Shown here: piece after piece, positions 20,513-31,691 of the stretch
Numbering within the stretch: the stretch's first letter is position 1
How the letters are laid out: the number at the start of each line of letters is the position of its first letter
Virus record (IMG/VR): IMGVR_UViG_2513237302_000002
Span: 25,485 to 89,484 of that record
Length of the DNA: 64,000 nt
Direction: 5' to 3' (one strand)
DNA from: a virus
The notes under the pieces: generated by a model
The model's input: the letters and a program-made list of their open reading frames with translations, nothing else
The model's database searches: none
What the model was told of the DNA's origin: nothing
Program-made: the position numbers and the translations under genes

Positions 20513-23500
20513 CTAATTTAACCGTTTATAAGTATGTCCATCATTATTGACATAAAACAAGCTACCATTAGCAAACAATATGCCACAACTACCCCATGGG
20601 CTAGTCCACCAGTCGGCTCTAGCCAACATAGGGAGTTTTAGATTATTCCATAAATCACTTCTTGAAGTCCAAGTGAAGCACATATTAGCCTCACCATCGG
20701 TATCAAACGTTGTTTCAACACTAAAATGCGTATTTCTGTTACCCAACACATGAGTATCACGTAAATCAAACGTCCCAAACGCTTTAACTGAATCCCAATA
20801 GAACGTTAGACCAGAATCGCCATAAGTACCATATTTTGAACCAGCCCTTAATGTTGTTTGTGCATAGTAATCTTGTGTGGAATTACTATTTTTCTGAGAA
20901 ACAACATATAATGCGTCTTGATTCCCAGTTGGTTTAAACATTGTGTAGTATGCACTATTAAATTCCGCATTGCCATTGACTTTCATGTTAGTTACATCAA
21001 AAGTCAGCCATTGTGTGTCAAGATTTATACCAGAATTATCTATAAAAATGTTTGAAGCATTACCACGACCACCATTTTGTAAAACACCAATTTTAATAGC
21101 ATTATTATTTATGTCGATTATACTTTTATCTATCGAACTGGCATCAATGGTGTCTGCTACTCCCCTAGCAGTCAAAGAAATATTTTGCCCCAAAATCTCT
21201 AAACCAGTCATGTCATTTGTACCAGTTTTTAGATTCGGCAAACCGTACGAAGCACTTATTTTCCCACCGACTCCCTCCAACTCTTTACCGGCGACAGCAA
21301 CACCGGGGTCAGAAGTCATAGTAATAGTATCGGGAAGATCAGTATTATCTGTACTTGTTGATGAACTACTAGTACTTGTCGATGAACTGCTAGTATTAAT
21401 TTGTATATCTGGTGTAGGGTCAAATGGATATAGAGCAAAAGTTAAATGTCCATTACCAACACTAACCGTTTGGTATTGAGTTGCACCGTTTACCGTTGTT
21501 TTCTCGCTGGTTTGTAGTTCCCCACTAAGACTAACTCTATTGCTCATGAATGTTCCATCTGAAATAACAGTTTTATTGTTATTTTTATAATCAATGAAAC
21601 CCCTATCGTCCACTGTTGTAACATGGTCGCCATTTTTAATGGTCAATCCAACACCCTCGATTGTTCCACCAGATTTAATATTGTTAGCCGATATAACATC
21701 TCCATTAATGATTGTATTACCATCAATCACAATCTTATTACTTGCAATCTTAATCTGGTTAGGGTCAATACCAATGTTAGACTTGGTAACATCAATACTA
21801 CTATTGCCAGTAATCACTTGTGCGAACAGATTTATACCCGTGGCGGTCTGGTCAATACCAGTCTTATATTGTTCTACTTTGGTATTTACATTACTAATGT
21901 CAGTAGCAATATCTTGAGGAGATGGCGACCATTCGTGAGCTACCGTACCTTTTTCAAGCATAGGGTGGAAAATCGTTACAGTACCAACGTCAGCACTGTT
22001 GCTATCGCTAATGCGGAAATACATATTTCTATTGTCTGATGCGAATTTTAATTGCCCACTATAATACTTCCATGCAGTCGTCATAGTAAAAGTGCTGAGG
22101 TCGCTAAAACTCTCAACTTCCATCTTAAAACCATCACTTGTACTCTTACCCCAAAAGCCGAATGTGTAAACTTCTCCAGCTTTGACTTGTGGAGCTATAT
22201 ACCAGATACCATTGTCAGTGTTTGGAAGATTAGATTTTGGCGTAAATTGTAAGCTCTGGCTATCATCAGAAATTATCGGTTTATCACTGGAAAAAGTCCA
22301 TGTCGTATTGTTTCCACAGTGCCAGTGTGCATTAAAAACATCGACAAAATTTGGTGTGTTGCCATTAAATGACGATATACGTAATAGATTTCGTCCGCCA
22401 CCAATTTGAATATTGTCAACTTTATTATTAACTTGTGTTATCGTGGTTTTTACATCACTAACTTCACTGGTAATAGAATCCTTACTTACTTTAATGGCAG
22501 CGTTCTTAGCATCAGTAATTTGTTGTACTAAATCCGCTTTAGTGGTTTGAATAGCACTATTAGTATCTTCTGGTGCGGGTTGCCAGTCTTTTGCAACGTT
22601 GCCTATTTCGATCTGTGCATGGCTAACTTTTCCAGTGCCGTTAATGCCTACGTAGCCATTTTGACCGTTATTGCCTACGGTAAAAGTTACGTTTGCTGGG
22701 AGCGTATAGGTTGTAGACACCCGTTCTTTACCACTTGGTGTTGTCGGACTTTTCCACGCACCAAAATAATAATTTTTCCCGTCACTACCCTTAACGGACA
22801 ATTCAAATCCTAAACGATTTTGGTTGCTATCAGAGTGTTGATAATTACTCCATTCAGTATCGACTGATACTGTGATTGTTTCGCCTGCTAAAGAACTTAA
22901 TACTTCATTAGGCATTGTTCCTAAATCTTGCGCCCATCCAAAAATCGACTTATCAGAATCTCTAAGATAATTACGACCACCGATTTTAATTCCGTTTACT
23001 TTGCTCTCTACACTACTTACTTTAGCGTTAATACCATCGGCTGTTTTCTTAACCGTAGTATTAACATAATTCTGCATATCACCAGTTTTTGAATAACCCT
23101 TTAACTGTTCAGTGATACTATTAGCCGTTTGTGTAATCTTAGTATTAGCACTGTTAATCTGACCCTGTAAATCTTGTTTAGTGCTATTAACCGTAGAAGT
23201 AATACTTGAAGCGGTCTGGTCAATCTTAGAAGATACAGCCTCGATTTGAGAATTAGTATCTTCTGGGGCGGGTTGCCAGTCGTGGGCAATTGCACCCTTT
23301 TCAAGCATCCACCCAGCCCAATATATCCAGTTGTCACCAGTATCGTAATTGTACTCAACCCGTGTATTTTGGCGTTGCAAACTAACATTATTAATTTGGA
23401 AACTCCAAGAATATTGTTGCCACTGTGTAGTGATAGGCTTATCTTGCATTGGAATTTCATTTAAAAACCCATCATTATCCTCAGCACCACCATTGCCGAG

Positions 23501-26500
23501 TGCCCTATATATATTAAGTGAACCAGTATTAATTTGTTTATCCGCCTTAACGTAAACGGAAAGCGTAAACCAATCGCCAGCTTTAGCGTTCGTCCTACCT
23601 AAGGCTGATTGCAGATTAATCATACGTTCGTCCCAAGCAGTATTAGTTTTAACTGCATCATAGCCGTTGAAAGCACCTTTGACGATATCACCATTACCAC
23701 CAGCGACATCACCAGTTGCTGTACTCGTTCCAATCAGTAAGTTTCTACCCCCACCGTTGCTGGTGATTTTACTTACTTCATTGGTAATTCTATCGCCCAG
23801 TAACTTGATATTTGCATCGTTCTTTTGAACATAATTATCATACGTAGTCTTTAAATTGGTAGCAGCGGTGATACCGTTATTTGCAACCGTTAAAGTGCTT
23901 TGAATATCAGTACGTGCTTGGTCAATTTGTGTTTGAATATCGTTAATCTTACTATTAGCGCTATTGGCAGTTGTAACTGCTTGATTAGCATTACTATTGG
24001 CTTGATTGGCAACGGTTGTTGCACTATTAGCTTTATTGTTAGCCGTGTTGGCTACCGATGCTGCATTTGTTGCATTAGTGTTAGCCGTATTAGCGGTATT
24101 CATCGCACTGCTTGCATTATTATTGGCATTAGTGGCACTAGATACAGCGCCATTAGCAATTGTTCTGACGTCCCTTAATTCAGTGCTACTTGCTTTTAAA
24201 ATAATTTGTTGCGAGTTTTGTTCAATCTTCGTCTTTTGATTGAGAATTTGACGCTTTAAATCTTCTGCGTTAGGAGTGTAGCCACCATTATCAATTGACG
24301 ATAACTTAGCACTAAAATTAGTAAAGTAAATCGAACCGTTACGTGGTAATACTGCTTTAACCGTCATATAAACGGCATCGCTTCTATCATTACCTAACCG
24401 ATAAACACCACGGTGTGATTGACCATCAGCAAGTTGTTGAATCGTCAATCCCATGTTTTCCAGCGTCAGCTCAGTGAAATCAACTCTTTGCTTATTAGCG
24501 TTGTATGTTTGTAAAACTAAGGTTTTAGCACCAGACAATCCATTGGTGTTATCTGATTTAATATCAACACCAACGGTAATCTTTCCTTGTTTGATAGGGA
24601 AGTAGTTACTCGTCAAGCTAATAGGATTGTCAGTGGTCAATCCAGACTGGGACATTTTAGCCCACATCAGACCGTTGCCATCATCAACGATATTGACCTT
24701 ATCACTAATGTTCTGCCATTTATCTTTGCGGTCAGTTTCATTAGTAAATGCACTGTTCAAGATTAGGTTTTCGCCACTATCAGTGATTTGCCCAATCTTT
24801 TCATCGGTTTTTTCGTCAAACTCACTACTTAATGATTTAGCGCTCGCATTAATCTTGCCTGTATAGTCCTTGATTAAACCGTCTTTAGTCTTGGTGATTA
24901 AATCATTAGTAGCAGTAATACCCTGTTCAGTCTGCGTTACACGACTTGATAACTGGTTGATATTGTTGTCAGTCTTAGTCTGTTTCTCAACCGTTGATTC
25001 AATCTTGTCAGAGGCAATCTTTAATTCTGCCTTAGTATTAACAATCTGCTTATGTTCGTCATTCGGGTTAGGTGCGTATGCTTTAGGTTTAGTCCCTAAT
25101 TCCAGTTTTGGTTCGCCGATAACAAGTTGGTCAACCGTACCAGCGTCATACTTAAACATAATCGTCTTAACATTAGCGTCCGTAGGGATAAACGTAAAGA
25201 AGCTGCGTTCATAATCACCCTTAATATCTGCTACTTGACGATTAGTTAATTGAGTGTTGCCATACCATAATTGAGGTTGTGCATCTTTCTTATTCCACAT
25301 TGAAATAACAAAGCTGTTACCTAAATCTTCATTGGTAAAGTCAACGTCTTGTTTAGCCGAACCAGTTTTCTGCAATACCAAAGCTGAAACATCATGCGCT
25401 TGGTCATAGGGATGCACATCAGTATTTGAGTTGATACTGTATTGGTCAAGTTTCCAATATCCATTATCAATATCAAAATCAATCGTATCACGCAGTCTGT
25501 TAGTACCCTCAACTTGATAATTATCAATAGCACCGTTTAATTCAGACTTTTTAACGCCTAGACTAATCTCATCAGCTTGCTGTTTGATTTTGGATTCTGC
25601 GGTACTTACACGTCCACTCAAGACATCAAGTTCAGCCTTACCAGCCTTAGTGGCAATACTATCTTTGGTTTGTTGAATTTCCGTTTCTTGGTTTTGAATA
25701 CTAGTTTTGAGTGGGTCAAGGTCTGTACTTGACAACTTAGTTGAAAGCATATCATTAAGTTTTTGAATGCTTACATTAACATTGCCATAATCCAACTTTG
25801 CATTAGTAAGTTGCGTTTTAACGTCATTCAACGTATTAGAAGTTGTATCAAGATTGCCTTGAATTACTGCAACCTTATCTTCCAATTGCTTCTGGTTAGC
25901 CTTTTGAGCATCAGCAAGGTTGTTATTAAATTCATCTTTTAACGCTTGTTTTGCATCGGCTAATTTGGTTTCGGCATCTTTCTTAGCTTGTTCAATTTCA
26001 TCGTTAAATGTTTGAAATTGGGTTAAAGCATCTTGTAGGTCTTTCTTTGCCTGTGCAATAGCTTCATCATTTGCTACAACTTTGCCATTAATGTCTGTAA
26101 TTGTGTTATTGATACCATTTGCAGTCTGGTCAATCTTAGTATTTACATTGCTAATATCAGTGGCAACATCTTGAGGAGATGGCGACCAGTCGTGGGCAAT
26201 AATGCCTTTTTCAAGCATATACCGATGGGTGCTTAGCCAATCAGACAACTTATTAGTAGTACCACCCTCGTCTACAAAATTAATAGAGAATCTAATGTAT
26301 ACAACATTAGATTTACTTAATGTTTGTGTAGGTGAAGTGATAAGTTGATAACCCAGAAAGTTCTTATCACTATCGTACATCGCCAAAGTGTGATTACCAC
26401 TGCCTTTGAATACATAATCTGGTGAGCTGAACGTGAATACTGTTGACCCGTTGGTAGGTATATAGCTATCTAAATGAAAATCGTAACTACCATTATTATT

Positions 26501-26836
26501 AGCGCTACCATTACCTCTATCAAGATACCCACCTTTTAAGTCTGATTGGACAATTAAATTAGTTCCACCGCCATTGCTAGTGATGCCATTTACCTTATCC
26601 TTAACGCTAGATACTTCACCATTGATACCATTAAGGTTTGTTTGCGTATCATTAACTTTCTTGACTAAATCATCGTACCCAGCTGGCTTAGCTTCGCCAC
26701 CAGTAGTAAAGAGTTCGTTTAAAGCCGTTACTAAATCTTCTTTGTGTTTAGTTTTAAGTTGCTCTAAATCACCAACATCTTTAACTGTGGCGTAATGATA
26801 TTCACCATCTTGTAAGTATTTGATAGTTTTCTTCAT
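20513..26836 (-). CDS. Long modular tail fibre/host-recognition protein with six CBM-like modules
   Basis: ATG 26836 with GAGGGAG RBS; coiled-coil spacers alternate with modules bounded by G(T/E/R)N(L/R/Y) and (W/Y)xPxPxD-type motifs. Confidence 0.85.
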   Translation of the reverse strand: MKKTIKYLQDGEYHYATVKDVGDLEQLKTKHKEDLVTALNELFTTGGEAKPAGYDDLVKKVNDTQTNLNGINGEVSSVKDKVNGITSNGGGTNLIVQSDLKGGYLDRGNGSANNNGSYDFHLDSYIPTNGSTVFTFSSPDYVFKGSGNHTLAMYDSDKNFLGYQLITSPTQTLSKSNVVYIRFSINFVDEGGTTNKLSDWLSTHRYMLEKGIIAHDWSPSPQDVATDISNVNTKIDQTANGINNTITDINGKVVANDEAIAQAKKDLQDALTQFQTFNDEIEQAKKDAETKLADAKQALKDEFNNNLADAQKANQKQLEDKVAVIQGNLDTTSNTLNDVKTQLTNAKLDYGNVNVSIQKLNDMLSTKLSSTDLDPLKTSIQNQETEIQQTKDSIATKAGKAELDVLSGRVSTAESKIKQQADEISLGVKKSELNGAIDNYQVEGTNRLRDTIDFDIDNGYWKLDQYSINSNTDVHPYDQAHDVSALVLQKTGSAKQDVDFTNEDLGNSFVISMWNKKDAQPQLWYGNTQLTNRQVADIKGDYERSFFTFIPTDANVKTIMFKYDAGTVDQLVIGEPKLELGTKPKAYAPNPNDEHKQIVNTKAELKIASDKIESTVEKQTKTDNNINQLSSRVTQTEQGITATNDLITKTKDGLIKDYTGKINASAKSLSSEFDEKTDEKIGQITDSGENLILNSAFTNETDRKDKWQNISDKVNIVDDGNGLMWAKMSQSGLTTDNPISLTSNYFPIKQGKITVGVDIKSDNTNGLSGAKTLVLQTYNANKQRVDFTELTLENMGLTIQQLADGQSHRGVYRLGNDRSDAVYMTVKAVLPRNGSIYFTNFSAKLSSIDNGGYTPNAEDLKRQILNQKTKIEQNSQQIILKASSTELRDVRTIANGAVSSATNANNNASSAMNTANTANTNATNAASVANTANNKANSATTVANQANSNANQAVTTANSANSKINDIQTQIDQARTDIQSTLTVANNGITAATNLKTTYDNYVQKNDANIKLLGDRITNEVSKITSNGGGRNLLIGTSTATGDVAGGNGDIVKGAFNGYDAVKTNTAWDERMINLQSALGRTNAKAGDWFTLSVYVKADKQINTGSLNIYRALGNGGAEDNDGFLNEIPMQDKPITTQWQQYSWSFQINNVSLQRQNTRVEYNYDTGDNWIYWAGWMLEKGAIAHDWQPAPEDTNSQIEAVSSKIDQTASSITSTVNSTKQDLQGQINSANTKITQTANSITEQLKGYSKTGDMQNYVNTTVKKTADGINAKVSSVESKVNGIKIGGRNYLRDSDKSIFGWAQDLGTMPNEVLSSLAGETITVSVDTEWSNYQHSDSNQNRLGFELSVKGSDGKNYYFGAWKSPTTPSGKERVSTTYTLPANVTFTVGNNGQNGYVGINGTGKVSHAQIEIGNVAKDWQPAPEDTNSAIQTTKADLVQQITDAKNAAIKVSKDSITSEVSDVKTTITQVNNKVDNIQIGGGRNLLRISSFNGNTPNFVDVFNAHWHCGNNTTWTFSSDKPIISDDSQSLQFTPKSNLPNTDNGIWYIAPQVKAGEVYTFGFWGKSTSDGFKMEVESFSDLSTFTMTTAWKYYSGQLKFASDNRNMYFRISDSNSADVGTVTIFHPMLEKGTVAHEWSPSPQDIATDISNVNTKVEQYKTGIDQTATGINLFAQVITGNSSIDVTKSNIGIDPNQIKIASNKIVIDGNTIINGDVISANNIKSGGTIEGVGLTIKNGDHVTTVDDRGFIDYKNNNKTVISDGTFMSNRVSLSGELQTSEKTTVNGATQYQTVSVGNGHLTFALYPFDPTPDIQINTSSSSTSTSSSSTSTDNTDLPDTITMTSDPGVAVAGKELEGVGGKISASYGLPNLKTGTNDMTGLEILGQNISLTARGVADTIDASSIDKSIIDINNNAIKIGVLQNGGRGNASNIFIDNSGINLDTQWLTFDVTNMKVNGNAEFNSAYYTMFKPTGNQDALYVVSQKNSNSTQDYYAQTTLRAGSKYGTYGDSGLTFYWDSVKAFGTFDLRDTHVLGNRNTHFSVETTFDTDGEANMCFTWTSRSDLWNNLKLPMLARADWWTSPWGSCGILFANGSLFYVNNDGHTYKRLN

Positions 26837-26975
26837 TCTACTCTCCCTCTGGTGGTTTTTATTTTTCTCTCTAAATTGCTTCATAAAACGCTTGTAAAAG
26901 CGTCAAAAGCTATAAAAGTAAGGCGGGAGTTGCACCCACCCTACCTAAGTTAATCAAATAACATTATATTTTTGA

Positions 26976-28085
26976 TTAATCTTCAATGTACTTGTAAGTT
27001 GCCATGTCGTTGTTTTCGTCTGGCAGCAAGTCAAACTTAATGGACAGGGAAGTTGGTTCTTTCGAGTTCTGAGAGAACGTGAATGAACCCTCTGGCTTAG
27101 CATTCATGTAGTGCATTTGTGCCAGATGGTCTTGACCCTTTTCCTTGTCACGAATAAAGCAGTCTGCGTAAATTTCAAAGTTGTCAGCAAACTTCTGTGC
27201 GTTGATAGTGTAGCTAGATACACCATCCATCTTAGTCATGTAGTAAACAGCGTAACGAGCGCCCACAACAGCAGCGCCAGAAAGTTGAATGCCACCGTTT
27301 TCAGTTACCTTAAAGTTCAGACCATTCGCAGATACAACAGCTGCATTCTTTTGAGCTTCGGTCTTGGCTTGTTCCGTTGCATGTACAGCTTCACCAGCGG
27401 GAGCGCCATCAGCAGTAGTCGTAACTACAACTTCGGCAGACTTAGGAGCAGAACCGTTGTTGTTTACAGCTACAACCGTGTACTTGTATTGCTTGTTAGG
27501 CGTCAAGTCAGCGTCCGTGTAAGTCGTACCTACTGGTTCGCCAACCTTAACACCATCACGCAGAACAACGTAAGACGTAGCACCCGTAGAAGCACTCCAC
27601 GTAATAGCAGTGGTCTTGTCCTTTGGCGTAACAGCAACGTCCGTAACCATAGTTGGAACAGAAGCAGCAGAACCGTCAACCAACTGTGGAATCGTCATTT
27701 CATGCGTCAGACCGTCATCGCCCAGCTTAAATACTGAAATAGAACCAGAGATAGGAGCGTTGCTCAGCTTAATCAGACGGTCGCTAGTCAGCGTAAATGC
27801 TTCACGCTTGAAGATGTCGTTTTGACCCTTGTGTAAGTCGTCATCCCCAGCAATCAAAGCCATCAGCTTGAGGTCGAACAGTTCCGTTTCAATCGTCAGT
27901 TCACCAGTACGGTTGGCGTCCCATGCAATTGCGTTAGCGCCTTTCTTCTTTGCGTATACTCGGTCAGCTTTCCATTCAACACTAGTCGTATTTGCGTAAT
28001 CAGCAAACAGGACGGGTTCATGAGTGCCACGTTTTACAATAGTAACGTTGGCAGCATCTTTCATACCGTAAGACATTAAAGTCAC
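26976..28085 (-). CDS. Major tail (tube) protein with inserted FN3 domain
   Basis: YGMKDAANVT...LFADYANTTSVE N-terminus; WSASTGATSYVVLRDG...YKYTVVAVN FN3 insert; C-terminal EPTSLSIKFDLL. Confidence 0.8.
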   Translation of the reverse strand: MTLMSYGMKDAANVTIVKRGTHEPVLFADYANTTSVEWKADRVYAKKKGANAIAWDANRTGELTIETELFDLKLMALIAGDDDLHKGQNDIFKREAFTLTSDRLIKLSNAPISGSISVFKLGDDGLTHEMTIPQLVDGSAASVPTMVTDVAVTPKDKTTAITWSASTGATSYVVLRDGVKVGEPVGTTYTDADLTPNKQYKYTVVAVNNNGSAPKSAEVVVTTTADGAPAGEAVHATEQAKTEAQKNAAVVSANGLNFKVTENGGIQLSGAAVVGARYAVYYMTKMDGVSSYTINAQKFADNFEIYADCFIRDKEKGQDHLAQMHYMNAKPEGSFTFSQNSKEPTSLSIKFDLLPDENNDMATYKYIED

Positions 28086-28091
28086 CTCATA

Positions 28092-28889
28092 TTAATTATT
28101 TAATCTGACTACCCCAACGGTTTGAGATAAGTCAGTTAGTTTCATGTTTGATGTATCAAACTTTTCACTCGTGTAAATATCAAACTCTTGGTCGTAGGCT
28201 TTACGTTGTTGGTAAGCCCGTAATAAGTTCATAAATTGGTAATAAGTCATGTCAGCAAGTTCATTAAACGGGATAAATGATGGAGCTAATGCTTGCATAA
28301 GTAGCATCTTGTCAGCAATCGTTGACGAGCTACCTTTCTTCATTTTCCTAATTCGTCCCAGATATAATTGTTTCCACGCTCTTTGCTTATGTGGTTTACC
28401 TTTTAAATCTGGTGGAGCAATCAAATCCTCATTCGGCTCATGCAAAGTAATCATTTTGATATATTCGCTGAATTTCACGAATTCTTCTTTATCAATAACC
28501 CACTCAAGCGGTTCATTAACCACTTTTTGATTGCTCAATGGTTTATAATCGGTAATTTCACTTTGCGTCCACCATGCAAATCCATTAACAATAACGCTTA
28601 GCAAAGTCATATCCTTACCGAACATAGCTTCACCGACTTGCACGTTCATAGTTTCGTCCCAAGCTAAATCCCACATGGTAGGATATTTAGCTTCTATATC
28701 ATCAACGGTTTCTGGAAAACCACTAAACTGTTCTCTGACGCCGGTAACAAAAGCACGAGTGAATAAGTTCATTTCACTTTCTTTTTCGTCATCTTGGATA
28801 AGTTCTCTCATAGTCGGAATATGCAATGTCACCTTATCAGTTAAAGGTGCATCGTTACCCAAGATAAGACGTTCGTAATTAACTTTCAT
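28092..28889 (-). CDS. Virion morphogenesis/tail protein
   Basis: 265 aa; MTYYQF motif near the C-terminus; between connectors and major tail. Confidence 0.55.
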   Translation of the reverse strand: MKVNYERLILGNDAPLTDKVTLHIPTMRELIQDDEKESEMNLFTRAFVTGVREQFSGFPETVDDIEAKYPTMWDLAWDETMNVQVGEAMFGKDMTLLSVIVNGFAWWTQSEITDYKPLSNQKVVNEPLEWVIDKEEFVKFSEYIKMITLHEPNEDLIAPPDLKGKPHKQRAWKQLYLGRIRKMKKGSSSTIADKMLLMQALAPSFIPFNELADMTYYQFMNLLRAYQQRKAYDQEFDIYTSEKFDTSNMKLTDLSQTVGVVRLNN

Positions 28890-28899
28890 AGGCTTACAC

Positions 28900-29451
28900 C
28901 TACTTCATGTCAACCACTTTCATCATTAAGACGTAACCGCCAAACTTGTTGTTTTGTTCCCAATCTTCCATGAGGTTTCCCTCTTGTAGCGTACCCATAC
29001 CAAAACCAGTTGTATCTTGGAATAGTTCATAGATACGCTTTAACAGGAAGTCATGTCGTTGTCCCTCATCAATATCCATGATTTTGTTATCGCATAAGAT
29101 AAAGAAGTAAAGATAACCCATGGTATATTTGCTTGAGAATTGACGGTAGCTTTCTTGTGGTACAAACCCAGAGATACCCAGTCCAATAAACGAATGTTGT
29201 TCCATAGCAACGGTATTCGTATATCTTGTTGGATAGATTCTTCTATGGTCAGAAGTAGGGTCGCACAATTCAGCTTTCTGGTCATCGGTTAAATCTGGTC
29301 GTGATAGCGCATCGGACGTATCGTACCAGAGTAACTTAGCAATCTGGTCATCCATAGCAATCTTTTCCATCATTTGTTGTTTCCATTCACCAATCATGGC
29401 AATTGATGCCTTTTTGGTTTCTCTTTGGTCTGGTAATTTAATTGCTGGCAC
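28900..29451 (-). CDS. Putative tail terminator/head-tail joining protein
   Basis: 183 aa; position in the neck cluster. Confidence 0.5.
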   Translation of the reverse strand: MPAIKLPDQRETKKASIAMIGEWKQQMMEKIAMDDQIAKLLWYDTSDALSRPDLTDDQKAELCDPTSDHRRIYPTRYTNTVAMEQHSFIGLGISGFVPQESYRQFSSKYTMGYLYFFILCDNKIMDIDEGQRHDFLLKRIYELFQDTTGFGMGTLQEGNLMEDWEQNNKFGGYVLMMKVVDMK

Positions 29452-29468
29452 TACTCACTCTCTCCTAA

Positions 29469-30512
29469 CTAACCGAATTTCTTAATGATTTTAATTGCGA
29501 TATTTTTAATCACATCATCAACTTTGGCTGCAATAGTAGCCGTTTGCCCTACATATCTAAAGTCGTCCTTAACCGTGATTGTGATGCTATGAGTATCTTT
29601 ACTACCAACATAGAATGGCAGTGTTTCAATATCACCAACAATCCATTCAGACGCTTCAACATCATTCCCGTTAGAATCCTTAACAGAATACGTGTAGGAG
29701 TGTCCTAGACGAGCTTTAACCGTTCCCTCAATATTCCATTCCACTTCTTGTTTAGGTGGCTCTACGGGAACGCTAGGCGTATCAGATGGCGTGTCTTTTT
29801 GTTCGTCATTATGATGCTCACCACTAGTCCAATAATCAGCAATTTCCAATTCTACATTGTCAATTTCTGGGTTCTTGGTATCTTCATCAAGCAACCAGTT
29901 TACTAGACCAATACGAGAAACATAATCGGCAAACTCTACTTTATAGACTTGTCCAGCAATGAACATTCTTGTCCCAACTTGTACGCTTCTTGTTTCTGGT
30001 GTGTCTTTAGTAAAGACCGACATCTTGGCATTAGCTAAAGGAATATGTTCGCCAGCGAACGAAACACCAAGCGTATACAGCGTTTGGTTTTGAATATAAG
30101 CACCCCAACCACGACCATCATTACAAATGGTTTTCTTTTTAGAATCAGTAAGCCATTTAAGCCTACGGTTGACGTGCCTAATCTTTAATTGCTGGTGTGA
30201 TGGAATGGTCTTATGTTCTTCGGTAAACACAAGCCATTCTTCATCTTGCCACATGACATATGAGCCAACACCAACAGTTACGTCATTAGGAACAATCAGA
30301 TATTTGTCGTCTGACAAGTCTTTATTATTGCTTTGCGAATGGTCTTGGAATACAGCTTGTGTTGGTACACCATCAATCACGCAATCCCACTTATCTAAAG
30401 TATTAGCAAACCATAAATCGAATTGCCGTTTTTGACGTTCTTCATTACGCTTACGAGTTGTTTCACCCAAGACCTTTAATCGCTTTCGATATAAGTCTGC
30501 GTAACTCATCAA
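29469..30512 (-). CDS. Putative head-closure protein with C-terminal Ig-like domain
   Basis: 347 aa; GSYVMWQDEEWLV; beta-rich C-terminal domain. Confidence 0.5.
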   Translation of the reverse strand: MMSYADLYRKRLKVLGETTRKRNEERQKRQFDLWFANTLDKWDCVIDGVPTQAVFQDHSQSNNKDLSDDKYLIVPNDVTVGVGSYVMWQDEEWLVFTEEHKTIPSHQQLKIRHVNRRLKWLTDSKKKTICNDGRGWGAYIQNQTLYTLGVSFAGEHIPLANAKMSVFTKDTPETRSVQVGTRMFIAGQVYKVEFADYVSRIGLVNWLLDEDTKNPEIDNVELEIADYWTSGEHHNDEQKDTPSDTPSVPVEPPKQEVEWNIEGTVKARLGHSYTYSVKDSNGNDVEASEWIVGDIETLPFYVGSKDTHSITITVKDDFRYVGQTATIAAKVDDVIKNIAIKIIKKFG

Positions 30513-30979
30513 GCCATCTCTCCATAAATATCAACGTCCGCATATTCAAACTCATTAATATCGTTTTTAATTTCACGGCGCAGTTGACTTTCCATCGTTT
30601 GCAATCTATCCAGATATTGATAACCTTGGACAGCGTTGTAATCACGGTCGCCAATGGCTTTCTTCATTAATTCTTCTGAATTCTTGTTAGCCGTAATCCA
30701 TGCAAGGTTCATTGCCTTGGCAAGCGTAACAATTTCAAAGTTGCTCAGCTTGTTGTTAAATCGCTTGTTCTCAGTATCAATATCAAACATATCTTTGACG
30801 CTATAAGTGCTAAACACTTGCAAGCCCTTATAAAGGTATTCATAAAGCGTTTCCGAAAGCTCCTCGTCATCCATTTGTGCAAGCAAATAGGAATCAACCA
30901 TGTTCAGAAACACCCGATACACTTCGTCAAATGATGTGTAGTCGGGGTTATTTACTTGTTTTTCTTCGTCATTATTCAT
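30509..30979 (-). CDS. Putative head-tail adaptor
   Basis: 156 aa; TSFDEVYRVFL...LSNFEIVTLAKAM pattern of SPbeta-like adaptors. Confidence 0.55.
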   Translation of the reverse strand: MNNDEEKQVNNPDYTSFDEVYRVFLNMVDSYLLAQMDDEELSETLYEYLYKGLQVFSTYSVKDMFDIDTENKRFNNKLSNFEIVTLAKAMNLAWITANKNSEELMKKAIGDRDYNAVQGYQYLDRLQTMESQLRREIKNDINEFEYADVDIYGEMA

Positions 30980-31008
30980 ATCTAGTAATTAACCCCCTTT
31001 CCAAATAG

Positions 31009-31608
31009 TTATTCGTGCCCAAACTCTGCACTGGCTTCAATATCGCCCCAGAAAGCATCTTGTTCTTCCTTTGGACGGGTTTTCTTTACTAAAGTCAGCT
31101 TACGAGGGTCGCCAATTTCATGTCGCTTATACAGTTCAGTAGTGATAGCAATAATCGTGTCGCCAAATGGTGATTCAAGCGCTTCCTTGAATTCATCAAC
31201 GTTGCTTTCCTTGATAAAGTAATCAATTTCTTCAACATCAATGCTATCAACGTCATTGAACGTTTCTTCATCTTCATCTAAAACCAGCTCAAAAAACTGC
31301 TTGTAGACATCATCAATATGCAAGCCTCTTGCTACGTCCATGATAGATACGTCATCATCATTGACTTCGGTAATCAGAAGCTCCATACTGCGCAGATATT
31401 TCTTCAACTTACGCAAATCTCCATAGCTCACATAATCTTCATCACCACGGCTATCAGCCGAGAAAATCATATCAGCATAGCTACCCTCATACATGAACAT
31501 TCCGTACGTGTTGTTGGTAACAATTACTTCAACGTCTTTATCAATAGTCTTGCGCTTACGGCGCTTTACATTTGACCGTTCGTTATTTTCCCCATGAATA
31601 CGTGACAT
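31009..31608 (-). CDS. Hypothetical head-associated protein
   Basis: 199 aa acidic; GAGAGG RBS; follows the capsid gene. Confidence 0.6.
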   Translation of the reverse strand: MSRIHGENNERSNVKRRKRKTIDKDVEVIVTNNTYGMFMYEGSYADMIFSADSRGDEDYVSYGDLRKLKKYLRSMELLITEVNDDDVSIMDVARGLHIDDVYKQFFELVLDEDEETFNDVDSIDVEEIDYFIKESNVDEFKEALESPFGDTIIAITTELYKRHEIGDPRKLTLVKKTRPKEEQDAFWGDIEASAEFGHE

Positions 31609-31691
31609 ATTAGTTACCTCTCTCTCGTTTAGTCACAATAATTAGAGTGGGAATCGAACCCACCCTAATTTAAATAATCGTTATGTTATGA

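Noticed and set aside
21882..26218. Diversity-generating retroelement TR/VR pair in the tail fibre
   Set aside because: Both repeats are coding, differences are mostly synonymous and not adenine-specific, and no reverse transcriptase is in the window
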